NCBI GenBank assembly: GCA_034521595.1
Contig: JAXHMG010000003.1
Span: forward strand, 928,001-992,000
DNA from: Gemmatimonadota bacterium
GTDB lineage: Bacteria; Gemmatimonadota; Gemmatimonadetes; Longimicrobiales; Gaopeijiaceae
DNA length: 64,000 nucleotides
Reading direction: 5' to 3'
Positions 12,502 to 23,455 of this stretch are shown here, piece by piece. A model generated the notes under the pieces. That model saw nothing but the letters and a program-made list of their open reading frames with translations. It was not told the origin of the DNA and made no database searches. Both the position numbers and the translations under genes were made by a program. How positions within the stretch are numbered: position 1 is the stretch's first letter; every line of letters starts with the position of its first letter.

Positions 12502-13350
12502 ATGTCCCAGGAGCTGAAGATGAAGGTGCTCGGTGCCCGATCTCTGGCCGCCGCGCTGGCGGCTACCGCGCTGCTGACCCTGCCACCGGGCGCTCGCGCC
12601 CAGTCGCCCCCGAGCACCGTCTTTCTCGAGGCCCTCACGTGGGTCGAGATCCAGGACCGGATCGACGACGGGGCCACGACGGTGATCGTCGCGACGGCCG
12701 GGACCGAGCAGAAAGGGCCCCACATGGTCATGGGCGAGCACAAGTACGTGCTCGAGTACACGACCGACAAGATCGCGCGGGCGCTCGGCAACGCCCTGGT
12801 CTCGCCGATCATCACCTACGTGCCCGAGGGCGATTGGGGCGACGAGCCGACGGGCCACATGCGGATGCCCGGCACGATCACCATGCCCGAGGAATGGTTC
12901 GTCGATCTCCTTCTGCACACGGGCCGGAGCCACGAGGCGTCGGGCTTCCGGGACATCGTCTTCCTCGGTGATTCGGGTGGGAACCAGAGCGGCATGGCCA
13001 CGGCCGTCGAGACGCTCAACGAGGAGTGGGCGGGGACGGGGGCTCGTGCCCACTTCATCGAGGACTACTACGGGAAGTCCGGAGACGACGCGCGGCGCTA
13101 CATCACCGAGGAGCTCGGCATTCCGGCCGAGGAGATCGGCGGGCACGCGGGCATCACGGACACCTCACAGATGTGGTTCGTGAACGAACGGCACATCCGC
13201 GAGGACGAGCTCGCCGACCGGGGCGGATTCGAAGGGTCGGGCTCGAGCGGGAACCCGACGCTCGCCTCCCCGGAGATCGGGCGCCGCATCCTCGACATCA
13301 AGATCGACAACGCGCTGGCCGAGATCCGGGCCAGCCTCTCGGACCGATAG
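12502..13350 (+). CDS. Secreted creatininase-family amidohydrolase, paralog 1
   Basis: Signal peptide ending ARA-Q; LEALTWVEI, GTEQKGPHM, GDSGGNQ, HAGITDTS. Confidence 0.85.
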   Translation: MSQELKMKVLGARSLAAALAATALLTLPPGARAQSPPSTVFLEALTWVEIQDRIDDGATTVIVATAGTEQKGPHMVMGEHKYVLEYTTDKIARALGNALVSPIITYVPEGDWGDEPTGHMRMPGTITMPEEWFVDLLLHTGRSHEASGFRDIVFLGDSGGNQSGMATAVETLNEEWAGTGARAHFIEDYYGKSGDDARRYITEELGIPAEEIGGHAGITDTSQMWFVNERHIREDELADRGGFEGSGSSGNPTLASPEIGRRILDIKIDNALAEIRASLSDR

Positions 13351-13363
13351 GAGAGGAGTCAGA

Positions 13364-14245
13364 ATGAGCAGCGATCCGAAGCACGCGGTCCGAAGGGCGG
13401 CCTCCCACTTCCGCGCCGTTCCACTGTTCGCCGCGCTCGCCGCGCTGTCGATGGGCGTCGATGCCCAGGCACAAGCTCCGGACGCCGAGAGCCTGGGCGA
13501 TCCCTTCATCGAGCAGATGACCTGGACCGAGATCCGGGACGCGATGGATGCGGGCAAGACCGTCGCGATCGTTCCGGTCGGCGGCACCGAGCAGAACGGT
13601 CCGCACATGGTGATGGGCAAGCACAACTACATCATCACCCACGCGGCGGGGCTGATGGCGCGTCGGCTCGGCAATGCGTTGGTCGCACCGACGGTGGCCT
13701 GGGTGCCGGAAGGCGACTACGACTCGCCGTCCTTCGGGGACAAGCCGGGGGTGATTTCTCTTCCGTCGCCGAGCTACGACCGGTTGCTCGAGGCCGCGGC
13801 TCGGAGCCTCGCCACGCACGGGTTCACCCACGTGCTCTTCATCGGCGACAGCGGGGGTAACCAGCGCGGCATGCAGGCCGTCGCGGACCGGCTGAACGAG
13901 GAGTGGGAAGGGAGCGCGACGCAGGCCTTCGCGCTCACCGACTACTACCGGATGGGCCAGCAGTACTCCCGCGTGTGGGTCCAGGCCGAGTACGGCTACG
14001 ACATGGAGACGATCGGCAGCCATGCGGGGATCACCGACACCTCGGCGGTCATGTACGTGTTTCCCGCCGGCGTGCGCAACGACCTGCGCATGCCGGGAGG
14101 TGGCGATCCGGACGCCGGGGTGACCGGCGATCCGACGCTCGCCACGCCCGAGATCGGCAAGATGGTCGTCGAGTTCAAGGTGCTCGCCGGGCTCGAGCAG
14201 TACCGGGAGCTTTCCGAGGAGACGGGGGGCAGGGGCGGCCGCTAG
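13364..14245 (+). CDS. Secreted creatininase-family amidohydrolase, paralog 2
   Basis: GAGGAG RBS; signal peptide ending AQA-Q; EQMTWTEI, GGTEQNGPHM, GDSGGNQ, HAGITDTS. Confidence 0.85.
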   Translation: MSSDPKHAVRRAASHFRAVPLFAALAALSMGVDAQAQAPDAESLGDPFIEQMTWTEIRDAMDAGKTVAIVPVGGTEQNGPHMVMGKHNYIITHAAGLMARRLGNALVAPTVAWVPEGDYDSPSFGDKPGVISLPSPSYDRLLEAAARSLATHGFTHVLFIGDSGGNQRGMQAVADRLNEEWEGSATQAFALTDYYRMGQQYSRVWVQAEYGYDMETIGSHAGITDTSAVMYVFPAGVRNDLRMPGGGDPDAGVTGDPTLATPEIGKMVVEFKVLAGLEQYRELSEETGGRGGR

Positions 14246-14280
14246 CCGACCCACCCGGGCATCGCCCCCGCCTCCCGGTC

Positions 14281-17200
14281 TCAACCCCCGCCGGGCCGCC
14301 GGTACCGCACCGGCGGCGCCGGCTCGTCCTCCAGCGTCACGCCTTCCGTCTCGAGGAGCCGGAGCGCTTCCTCCACGGCCCGCTCGAGCTGGGGATCGCC
14401 GCCGGCGATCACCGGAGCGGGATCGTTGCGTACCGCGATGTCCGGCGCCACACCGGTGCCCTCGACCGCCCATTCCCCGTCGACATCGAAGAACCCGCCC
14501 CGCGGCGCCACGAAGCCGCCGCCGTCGATGAGGGGTGGCGTGTCCCACGTGCCGACGAGACCGCCCCAGGTGGTGGTGCCGACGAGCGGGCCGACCTCCT
14601 TGAAGCGGAACAGGTAGGGGAGGAGGTCGCCGCCGGAGCCGGCCCGCTCGTTGATGACCATGACCTTCGGTCCCCAGAGGCCCGCCATGGGCTGGGTCCA
14701 GGGCTTCCGGTCGCCGGCGCGGGAGTTGAAGTAGCCGGTGAGCTCACGGTCGAGCACATCGACGATGTAGTCGGCGGCCGAGCCCCCTCCGTTGTTGCGC
14801 TCGTCGATCACGGCCCCCTCCCGGTCCTGCTGGGCGAAATACATCCGGTTGAAATAGTCGTAGCCGCCCTGGCCGGTGTTGGGGAGCCACACGTAGGCCA
14901 GGCGGCCGTCGCTCATCTCGTCGACCCTGCGCTGGTTCTCGGCGACCCATGCCCACCGACGGAGCCCGCCCTCGCTGCCGATGGGCTCCACGTCGAGGGT
15001 TCTCGCGTCGGCCATGGACGTCGTCGGTCCGACCGTGACGGTGATCGTCCGGCCCTCCGTGCCTTCGAGCAGCCGGAAGGGGTTGGTCGGCGCGGTGAGC
15101 TCCCGCCCGTCGATGGCGAGGAGCCAATCGCCCTCCTCGACTCCGAGCCCGGGGAGGGACAGCGGCCCGTCCAGGCCGGGCGTCCAGTCCTCCCCCGTGT
15201 AGATGCGGGTGATCCGGTAGAACCCGTCGTCTTCCTCGAGATCGACGCCGAGCAGGCCGGTCGCCGGGTCGTCGAGCTCGGGGTAGTCGCCGCCCCGCAC
15301 GTAGGAGTGCCCGACCGCGATCTCGCCCGACATCATGTCGAGCAGGTGGTTGAAGTCCGAGCGATGCTCCACGTCCGGGAGCCACGCCGAGTACCAGTCC
15401 CACACGTCGTCCCACGGCGCGCCGTGCTGGTTGTCGACGTACAGGAAGTCGCGCATGAACCGCCATCCGTCGCGGAGCATCTGCCCCCACTCCGCTTCGG
15501 GCTCGACGCGGACCCTCATGTCGTCGAGCGCGATCCGGCCCTCCTCGTCCGACGGCGGGGCGTCCGTGCCCACGATGCGCCAGGTGTCGCCGCTCCGGAG
15601 CAGGACCCGGCTCCGGTCGTGAGAGACGGCGGTAATGCCGATCTCGGTCGCGAACTCCTCGGCCTCGCGGTCCTCGAGCACGTAGCGGTGGAGGGTGGAC
15701 CCGGGGCCGTCGGTCGACTCCAGCACGAAGACGCTGCCGGCCGGACCGGGCTCCAGCCCGCCGTAGTCCTCGACCGGCAGGCCGGGGGCGTCGACGATGC
15801 GGCGGGCAATGCCGTCGAAGTCGATCTCGACGTCCGGGGGCGGTGCGTCCGTCGTGTCGTCTTCGGGTTCCGCCGTGTCTCCGGCGGCGTCCTCACGGCC
15901 CTCCTCGTCGCTCCGGGGCAGGAACGGGGACGCGACGTCTTCGTTCAGGAGGGTCACGTAGAGGGCACGGGTGACCGGTCGGTCGTACGAGCTCATGTCG
16001 AGCCAACCCGGTGTTCAACCCGTAGTCGGTCGATGCCAGGAAATAGAGGTATTCCCCGTCTTCGTCCCAGACCGGATCGATGGCGTCGGCCATCCCGTCG
16101 GTCATCCGGCGGGTATCGCCGGTCTCGGTGTCGTGCACGACGATGGCGCGGAGCTGGGTGTCGAGCCGGCGCGCGTACGCGATCCACCGGGAGTCCGGAG
16201 ACCATACGGGGTTCATCGTGCGCTCGGGGTGCGCGTAGCCGTCGGTGTCGACGTGGGTGAGCTCGCCGGACGCCACGTCCAGCACGAGGACGCGGTAGTG
16301 CGTGTCGGTGAACGCGAGCTTGGAGCCGTCGGGCGACCACTCGGGGACGAAGTAATACGAAGGATCCTCGAGCGGGATGCGGCGCGGCTCCGAGCCGTCC
16401 TGGTTGGCGACGACGAGCCCGTACTCCCCGTCCTCGTCGTTGAACCAGGCGACGCGCTCACCGTCGGGAGACCAGACCGGATGGCGATCGGCGACGCCGG
16501 GCGAGCGCGTCAGGTTCCGCCAGGACCCCTCCTCGGCCGGTACCGTAAACACCTCGCCGCGCCACTCGAAGAGCGCCCGGGCTCCGGTGGGCGAGAGACG
16601 CGCGTCCCGGAGCTGGGTGGGCGGCACGTCTTCCCACCGCGGCCGTGCCCAGCTCTGGTCCCGCGCGGCCCGAATCTCGAGCTGACGGGTGGTCCCGGTC
16701 GCGGGGTCGAGCTCGTGCAGGTACCCGGCCTGCTCGTAGACCACGACTCCGTCCCCCGCGCCGAGGCTCTTCACGTCGAAGTCCGCGTGACGGGTGAGCT
16801 GCCGCTCCTCGCCCGTCTCGGGATCGAACGACCAGACGTTGGCCGCCCAGTCCCGCTCCGACATGTAATAGACCCGCCCGTCCAGCCACACCGGCGCGAG
16901 GTGCCGCTCGCCCTCCCAGGGCGCGGTCGTCCGCGCCCACGTGTCGGTCGAGACCACGGCCACCGGTTGCGCCTGTCCGCCCCGGTAGTTCCGCCACTCC
17001 GGGTCCCACAGGCCGATCTCCTGATAGGCGATGTGGGCGCCGTCCGCGCTCATCTCCCCTTCGTAGGCCTGCGGGAGCTCGAGGGGCTCGGGCAGACCGC
17101 CCTCCCTCCCGACGCTGTAGAGCTTCCACTGACGCGTCGGCACCCCTTCGCGGCCCGACCGGAAGAGCACCCTCCCGTCCGGCGTCCAGCCCTGCACCGC

Positions 17201-17560
17201 GTCTTCACCCGGATGCCACGTGAGCCGCTCGGGCTGCCCGCCCGCCGCCGACACCACGTAAACATCGGCGTTGCCCCCGTACTCGCCCGTGAACGCGATC
17301 CAGTCGCCGTCGGGGCTGAAGTGCGGACCGGTCTCGGCCCCTTCCGAGCTCGTGATCCGGAGCGCGTCGCCGCCCTCCCGCCCGACCGTCCAGATGTCGT
17401 TGGCGTGCACGAACGCGATCCGCTCGGCGCTCACGTCCGGCTCGCGCAGGAAGCGGGTGCCCTGCGCGGACGCGAGCGAGGGGACGAGGGCCAGGGCGCA
17501 CATGGTGCCGGCCACGAGCCACGATGGGTTGGGGTCTTGGCGGAAAGCTCTCGCGAGCAT
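14281..17560 (-). CDS. Tricorn-like protease (S41 family: beta-propellers, PDZ, catalytic domain); one frameshift near 16010
   Basis: N-half has PD40-like repeats and WRNYRGG; C-half has DERNNGGG, AGSGGD and GTTTWGGLVG; removing one G rejoins LNTG-WLDMSSY. Confidence 0.92.
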
Positions 17561-17665
17561 GGCGGACTCCCTCGAGACGGTCGGGAATGCAATGGGCGGA
17601 TACACAGCGGCAGATTACGGGTCGGGACGCGGATGCGCCACGTGGATGCGCCGCTCGATCTCCGC

Positions 17666-18601
17666 CTACGCCCCCAGCAGCACCAACAGCACCGAGATGG
17701 TCACCACGGCGAAGAGCGACGAGAGCAGGACCGTCCGCGCCGCGACGCCGGCCGCGGCGTGGTACCGCTCCCCGAAGAGGTAGGTGTTCACCGCGGTCGG
17801 CATGGCCGCGAGCATGACCGCGACCGAGACCCAGAGCCCCTCGAGTCCGAGGAGCGGCACGGCCAGAACCCACACGAGAAGGGGATGGACGAGGAGCTTC
17901 ACGACCGTGAGAAGGAGCGCGGGGACGTGGTCGCCGCGGGCCGGCGTGGCGACGAGCGACGCGCCCATGGCGAAGAGCGCCGTGGGGATCGCGGCCGAGC
18001 CCATCATCTCGACGATCGTGTCGATGCCCGAAGGGAGCGCGAGCCCGGTCAGGTTCACGGCGAACCCCGCGAGTAGCCCGATGACGATCGGGTTGCGGAG
18101 CACCGCACCGCCCACTTCGGCGAGCTGCGCGGACCATGACACCCGGTCACCGCGCCCTGCGTGGATCAGCGCGACCGTGAGCGGCATGAAGGTGATCGAG
18201 TGGAATCCGATGATGACGAACATCGGGAGGGACGCCTCCGGGCCGAACGCCGTGAGGATGACCGGCACGCCGAGCAGCACGAGGTTGGCGAACGCTCCCG
18301 ACATGCCGAAGATGGCCTGTTCCGCCAGATCCCGCCCGAAAAGGAAGCGTCCGAGCGCCATGCTCAGCCCGTACGCAGCCGCGCTTCCGACGTAGAAGGC
18401 GACCAGGAAGCCCCAGGCCACGTCTTCGGGGAAGTCGAGATCCGCGAGGCTTCCGAAGAGCAGGATGGGGATCGCGAAGTTGAAGACGAAGAGCACGAGC
18501 CCGCGGATGCTCGACTCGTCCAGCACGCGGAACCGGGCGGCGGCGAAGCCGAGCGCCATGATCCCGAAGACCGGGGCGACGGTGGAAAGGAGGATGCTCA
18601 C
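17666..18601 (-). CDS. AEC (auxin efflux carrier) family transporter
   Basis: About ten TM segments; NFAIPILLF, ANLVLLGVP, NPIVIG, KLLVHP, AMPTAVN. Confidence 0.9.
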   Translation of the reverse strand: MSILLSTVAPVFGIMALGFAAARFRVLDESSIRGLVLFVFNFAIPILLFGSLADLDFPEDVAWGFLVAFYVGSAAAYGLSMALGRFLFGRDLAEQAIFGMSGAFANLVLLGVPVILTAFGPEASLPMFVIIGFHSITFMPLTVALIHAGRGDRVSWSAQLAEVGGAVLRNPIVIGLLAGFAVNLTGLALPSGIDTIVEMMGSAAIPTALFAMGASLVATPARGDHVPALLLTVVKLLVHPLLVWVLAVPLLGLEGLWVSVAVMLAAMPTAVNTYLFGERYHAAAGVAARTVLLSSLFAVVTISVLLVLLGA

Positions 18602-18748
18602 GGGCGCAGGGGTCGCGGAGGACGGGGACGTGCGGATGGGACGGGCGCAGATGAAGCGCGGAAGCCGGAAAACACACGCGGAGGCTCGCCGAGGTCAAGC
18701 GGCGTGGGCTGGGGCGTGGCTTCGCGAGGCACCTGCCGAAGCCGGCCC

Positions 18749-19108
18749 TCACTCCAGCCAGGTCGTCTCGTCCCCGAGGTTGATCGCGAGGTGCTCACCC
18801 TTGGCCCCGGACGGTGCGCCGTGCCAGTGGTCCTCGTCGGGCTCCACCACGACCACGTCGCCGGCCTCCAACAGGATCCGTTCGCCCTCGCGGTTCACGA
18901 CCACGCACGAACCGGCGAGCCCGATGAGGATCTGCTCTGCGTCGTGGCGGTGCCAACCCATGCGGGCGCCGGGTTCGAAGCCCACGCGGTAGATGCGTAC
19001 CGGCAGGTCGTCCTCCCGGCCGATCAGGGCCTGGGTGAAGGCGGGCAGCACGAAGTGGGTCGGGTCGGCCTCTTTCGGGGGTCGGCTCGCTCCGGGGATG
19101 AATCGCAT
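18749..19108 (-). CDS. Cupin domain protein
   Basis: FEPGARMGWHRHDAEQIL and GDVVVVEPDEDHWHGA cupin motifs. Confidence 0.9.
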   Translation of the reverse strand: MRFIPGASRPPKEADPTHFVLPAFTQALIGREDDLPVRIYRVGFEPGARMGWHRHDAEQILIGLAGSCVVVNREGERILLEAGDVVVVEPDEDHWHGAPSGAKGEHLAINLGDETTWLE

Positions 19109-19217
19109 GGGTCGCCCGTGTTATCGTGGATGGGTGTTCGTATACCTTGCCGCCGCCGAGGCCCGCGCGCCATGGGGGTATGGGCCGACGGACCGCAACC
19201 ACTCCGAGGAGGCGTCG

Positions 19218-19442
19218 ATGACCGAGCCGGCTCCCTCCGGGTGGACTTGGGGCCCTTCAAGCGCGACCGAGTGGCTCGCGGAATGGCTGGATCGCGGGCT
19301 CAACCGGGACATCTCCGAGGAGCTGCGCGTGGCGGGGCGGGTCGGCTCGATCACGCCCCAGTCGGTGCACGCGCTGCGAGACCATCTACTGGTCCGGATC
19401 GCCGCGCGTGCCGAGGCGGAGGTGTACGTCACGGATCCCTGA
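19218..19442 (+). CDS. Small hypothetical protein, 74 aa
   Basis: GAGGAGG RBS before ATG 19218; fills the gap between the cupin and AsmA genes. Confidence 0.55.
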   Translation: MTEPAPSGWTWGPSSATEWLAEWLDRGLNRDISEELRVAGRVGSITPQSVHALRDHLLVRIAARAEAEVYVTDP

Positions 19443-19552
19443 CATCGGGGGTGTCGAGGGCGGACCCTCGTGGGCGCTCCGCCGGATGAAGCGCGGACCG
19501 CCGACGGCGCCCCCCTGAGCGATCCTCGCATGCATCGGGGTGTATCTGCGTC

Positions 19553-22345
19553 ATGACCCTACGCAAGAAGCCGTTCGTGATCGGGGGCGGGATCTTCGTC
19601 CTCGTCCTGCTCCTCCTGCTGTCTCTACCCGTCCTCTTCAAGGACCGGATCGCGGAGCGCGTCGAGGAGGCCATCGATCGCGCCGTGGACGCCGACGTCT
19701 CCTGGAGCGGGGTGGAGCTCACCCTCATCCGGACCTTCCCGAACCTCACGCTCGGTCTGCGTGACCTGCGTGTCGTGGGCACGGACCCCTTCACCGGGGA
19801 TACGCTGGCGTCGTTGGACCGGGCGCGCATCGCGCTCGACGCGGGGAGCGTGATCCGGAGCCTCCGGGACCGAGGGCCGCTCGTCGTGCGCTCCGTCCGC
19901 CTCGAGGTGCCGACGCTCCGGCTCCAGGTCACGGAGGACGGGGCTGCGAGCTGGGACATCTTCACCGACGACGCCGAGGCCCCGGCTGGACCCGCGGATG
20001 ACGCGCCGGGACGTGCGGTGGCGGTGGCGCTCGACGAGCTCGAGGTCCTGGACGGAAGCGTGACGTTCGACGACGCCCGCTCCGGGCTGTTCGTGTCGCT
20101 CGACGGGCTCGGACATACGCTGAGCGGCGACTTCTCGCGCGAGCGGTTGGTGGCGAGCTCCCGCACCCGGGCCGAGCGGGCCACGGTCGAGTTCGGGGGC
20201 GTACCGTATCTCGCCGGGGTCACGGTCGATTTCGACGCGGACCTCGACGTGGACCTCGCCGAGGGCCGCATCGCGCTCGAGGACAACGAGCTCCGGCTCA
20301 ACGACCTCCTCCTCCGGTTCGCCGGCGAGGTGGCGCGGGTCGATGACCGCCTCGCGCTCGCGCTGAGCTTCGAGGCCCCGGAGACCGACTTCCGGCAGAT
20401 GCTCTCCCTCGTCCCGGCGCTCTACGCCGCGGACTTCGCGTCGCTCGAGACCTCCGGGCGCTTCTCGGTGAGCGGCGACGTCGAGGGCGACTACGGGGAG
20501 GACGCTTTCCCGGCGTTCGCGCTCCACGCGACGGTGGAGGACGGCGCGTTTCGGTATCCGGATCTCCCCGAACGGGCTCGGGCGATCTCGGCCGAGCTCT
20601 CGATCAGCAACCCCGGCGGCCATGTGGACAGCACCGTGGTGGACCTGAGCCGTTTCCATATCGAGGTGGGTGGCCAACCGCTGGACGCCGTGGCTACCGT
20701 GCGGACGCCCGTCTCCGACCCGGACGTCGACGCGACGGTGCGGGGCACGCTCGACCTGGCCGCGCTCTCCCGGACGGTCAAGGCGGAGAGCCTCGAAGGG
20801 ATGGAGGGCGTCGTGACCGCCGACGCCACCGTGCGGGCCCGGATGTCCGACGTCGACAGCGCGCGCTACGACCGGGTGGCCGCGAGCGGGACCGTCTCCG
20901 CCCGCGACGTCACCCTCGACTCCCCCGAGCTCCGCCAGCCCGTGACCGTGGAGGAAGCGACCCTCGACCTCGCGTCGGAGCAGGCCACGCTCCGCTCCTT
21001 CCAGGCGCGCCTCGGAAGCAGCGACCTCGCGGCGACAGCCCGAATCGACAACCTCCTCGGGTTCGCGATGCGGGACGAGCCCCTGCGCGGGACGGGCTCG
21101 TTCTCGAGCCGCCGGTTCGTCCTCGACGAGTGGAAGTCGGACGACGAGCTCGAAGCGATCGCCGTGCCGGCCATTCTCGACCTCACCCTGGACGGCACGG
21201 TCGAGCGACTCACGTACGGGGCGCTCGAGATGTCGGACGCGCGCGGCAGCATGCGTGTGAGCGACCAGCGCCTGACCCTCGACGACTTCACCTTCGGGAC
21301 GCTCGGTGGCCGCATCGGCGTGAGCGGCCACTACGAGACCACCGATCCGTCCGCGCCCACTTTCGGTCTCGCTCTGGCCCTCGACAGCCTCGACATCGCC
21401 GGGGCCTCGGAAGCCTTCGTCACCGTGCGCTCGCTCGCGCCCGTGGCCCGTTACGCGCGCGGGACCTTCTCCGCCGACCTCGACCTCAGCGGGGTCCTGA
21501 CACAGGACATGGCCCCGGTTCTCGACGCTCTCGACGGCGCGGGCTCGCTCCTGACCTCGCGGATCGAGATCGAGGACTTCCCGCTGCTGGAGCGGCTGTC
21601 CCAGGCGCTCCGGGTCTCCGAGCTCGCCCATCCCACGTTCAATGCCGTGCGCTCGACCGTCGAGATCCGGGACGGGCGCCTGCACGTCCAACCGTTCGAC
21701 GTGAGCGTGGCCGGTCTCACGATGACCGTGGACGGATCGAACGGGATCGACCAATCGCTGGATTACCGACTCGGGCTCGCCGTCCCGAGCGGAATGTTGG
21801 GCGCCGCGGGCCAGCGGGTTGTGCAGGACCTCGCGAGCCGGGCGGGGCGGGCCGGCTTCAATGTCGGTGAAGCCGAGACGGTTCAGGTCGGCGTGCGCGT
21901 CGCGGGCACCGTCTCGGACCCCGCGTTGGACCTGGGGCTCGGCGAGACCGCCGCCTCCGTGCGGCAGATGGCCGGCCAGGCGGCGGGCGCCGCGGTGGAC
22001 CGCCAGGTCGAGGAGGCCCAAGCCCGCATCGACGAGGCCGAAGCGGAGGCCCGCCGGCGGGCCCGAGCCCGGGCGGACAGCCTCGTCGCGGAGGCGGAGG
22101 AACGTGCCGAGACCATCCGGGCCGAGGCGCGCCGGCTGGCGGACCGCGTGCGGGCCGAAGGCGAGCGACGGGCGGAAGAGGTGCTCGCCCAGGCCACGAA
22201 CCCGCTCACGAGGCGGGCGGCCGAGCCCGTGGCGGAGCGCATCCGCCGGGAAGCCGAGGAGCGCGCGAGCCGGATCGAGCAGGAGGCGGACGAGCGCGCG
22301 GACCGGTTGGTAGCGGAGGCCCGGGAGCGGGCGGGAGGAGGCTGA
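19553..22345 (+). CDS. AsmA family protein with C-terminal coiled-coil
   Basis: N-terminal TM anchor, LIRTFPNLTLGL, long beta-rich body, VDGSNGIDQSLDY, E/R/A-rich tail. Confidence 0.85.
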   Translation: MTLRKKPFVIGGGIFVLVLLLLLSLPVLFKDRIAERVEEAIDRAVDADVSWSGVELTLIRTFPNLTLGLRDLRVVGTDPFTGDTLASLDRARIALDAGSVIRSLRDRGPLVVRSVRLEVPTLRLQVTEDGAASWDIFTDDAEAPAGPADDAPGRAVAVALDELEVLDGSVTFDDARSGLFVSLDGLGHTLSGDFSRERLVASSRTRAERATVEFGGVPYLAGVTVDFDADLDVDLAEGRIALEDNELRLNDLLLRFAGEVARVDDRLALALSFEAPETDFRQMLSLVPALYAADFASLETSGRFSVSGDVEGDYGEDAFPAFALHATVEDGAFRYPDLPERARAISAELSISNPGGHVDSTVVDLSRFHIEVGGQPLDAVATVRTPVSDPDVDATVRGTLDLAALSRTVKAESLEGMEGVVTADATVRARMSDVDSARYDRVAASGTVSARDVTLDSPELRQPVTVEEATLDLASEQATLRSFQARLGSSDLAATARIDNLLGFAMRDEPLRGTGSFSSRRFVLDEWKSDDELEAIAVPAILDLTLDGTVERLTYGALEMSDARGSMRVSDQRLTLDDFTFGTLGGRIGVSGHYETTDPSAPTFGLALALDSLDIAGASEAFVTVRSLAPVARYARGTFSADLDLSGVLTQDMAPVLDALDGAGSLLTSRIEIEDFPLLERLSQALRVSELAHPTFNAVRSTVEIRDGRLHVQPFDVSVAGLTMTVDGSNGIDQSLDYRLGLAVPSGMLGAAGQRVVQDLASRAGRAGFNVGEAETVQVGVRVAGTVSDPALDLGLGETAASVRQMAGQAAGAAVDRQVEEAQARIDEAEAEARRRARARADSLVAEAEERAETIRAEARRLADRVRAEGERRAEEVLAQATNPLTRRAAEPVAERIRREAEERASRIEQEADERADRLVAEARERAGGG

Positions 22346-23330
22346 GGATCCGTTCGCCACCTTCGAGGAGTGGGAGGGCCGCGAGCGGATCTGCGACGGC
22401 CTTTATGCCGACCTTCTGAGCGGGGCGATCGTCGACTTCGGTCACTCCTCGCGGCCTCGACTGAGCCATGGCCGCCGCCGCGCCGCCCCGCCTCCGAGAC
22501 CAGACCTGCGTGAACTCCGCGCCGAGGTAGAAGATCTGCGCGGAGAAGTAGATCCAGGCCAGCAAGGCGACCACGGACGCGCCCGGTCCGTAATACGACG
22601 TCCAGGACGCCCTCGCGATCAGCGCGGCGATCAGCACCTTCCCGGCCACGAACAGGACGGCCGTTCCGAAGGCGCCGACCCAGACGGTGGACCACTCGAT
22701 GTCGACGGAGGGGAGCGTACGGAAGAGGGCGGCGAACAGCAGGCCGATCACCGCGATCGAGACCGCTATGTCCAGGATCTGGATGAGGTGGAGCCCGAAG
22801 GGGACCCTGTCCTGCAAGAAGGCCGAGAGCACGCTCGTCACCGACGTGACGAGGAACGAGAGCGCCAGGAGAAACCCCGTCAGGATGATCATCAGAAAGG
22901 CCTTGAGGCGCCTGCGGAAGAAGCCGGCCACCTGCGCCCGGAACCCTTCGGCTTGCCGTGGCACGGCCCAGATCGCGTTCAGCGCCCCCTCGATGTTGGC
23001 GAAGGCCGCCGTGGCGCCGAACAGGAGCGCGAACAGTGCGAACACGGCGGTCGGCCCGAACAGATCCGGCGGCGCTGCACGAGCGAGGACGGCTTCCACC
23101 GTCTCGGCGGCGCCGGGGCCGAGAAACCGTTCCAGGTTGTTCACGATGGTGGTATGCGCGGTGCCTTCGGCGAGCACGAGCTGAAGCGGCGGCAGGAGGA
23201 GCACAAGAAGCGGACCGACGGAGAGCATGACGTAGTACGAGAGCGCCGCGCCTCGCTCCATGATCCGGTCGTCTGCCGCGGCGCGGACCGTTTCAGCGAG
23301 CAGGCCGAGCGTTTCCTTGATCCATCCCAT
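22206..23330 (-). CDS. YihY/virulence factor BrkB family membrane protein (3' end uncertain; overlaps AsmA by 140 bp)
   Basis: GAALSYY, ALNAIW, YGPGASVVALLAWIYFSAQIFYLGAEF. Confidence 0.88.
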   Translation of the reverse strand: MGWIKETLGLLAETVRAAADDRIMERGAALSYYVMLSVGPLLVLLLPPLQLVLAEGTAHTTIVNNLERFLGPGAAETVEAVLARAAPPDLFGPTAVFALFALLFGATAAFANIEGALNAIWAVPRQAEGFRAQVAGFFRRRLKAFLMIILTGFLLALSFLVTSVTSVLSAFLQDRVPFGLHLIQILDIAVSIAVIGLLFAALFRTLPSVDIEWSTVWVGAFGTAVLFVAGKVLIAALIARASWTSYYGPGASVVALLAWIYFSAQIFYLGAEFTQVWSRRRGGAAAAMAQSRPRGVTEVDDRPAQKVGIKAVADPLAALPLLEGGERILSLLPPAPGPPLPTGPRARPPPARSGSRAPRLPGGCAPPRARPPAS

Positions 23331-23360
23331 GTCAGTCCTCCGAGAGGCGATGCCGGGTGT

Positions 23361-23400
23361 CCGTCACCGACCCGGCGAAGCTACCGAAGATCCCGGCGCC
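23361..23400 (-). repeat. 40-bp remnant of the Phd/YefM antitoxin gene; direct repeat of 26274-26313
   Basis: ccgtcaccgacccggcgaagctaccgaagatcccggcgcc vs ccgtcacggacccggccaagctaccgaagatcccgccgcc, 37/40 identical; GAGIFGSFAGSVT vs GGGIFGSLAGSVT. Confidence 0.8.
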
Positions 23401-23455
23401 GTCTCGCAAGAAGGCATGATCAAGCCACCGATCTCGTCGAGAAGATCGGGGCCGC

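Noticed and set aside
9941-17560. Programmed frameshifting or pseudogenisation of the BCCT and tricorn genes
   Set aside because: Single extra bases in otherwise intact genes with no slippery heptamer; such indels recur across the window, consistent with long-read error
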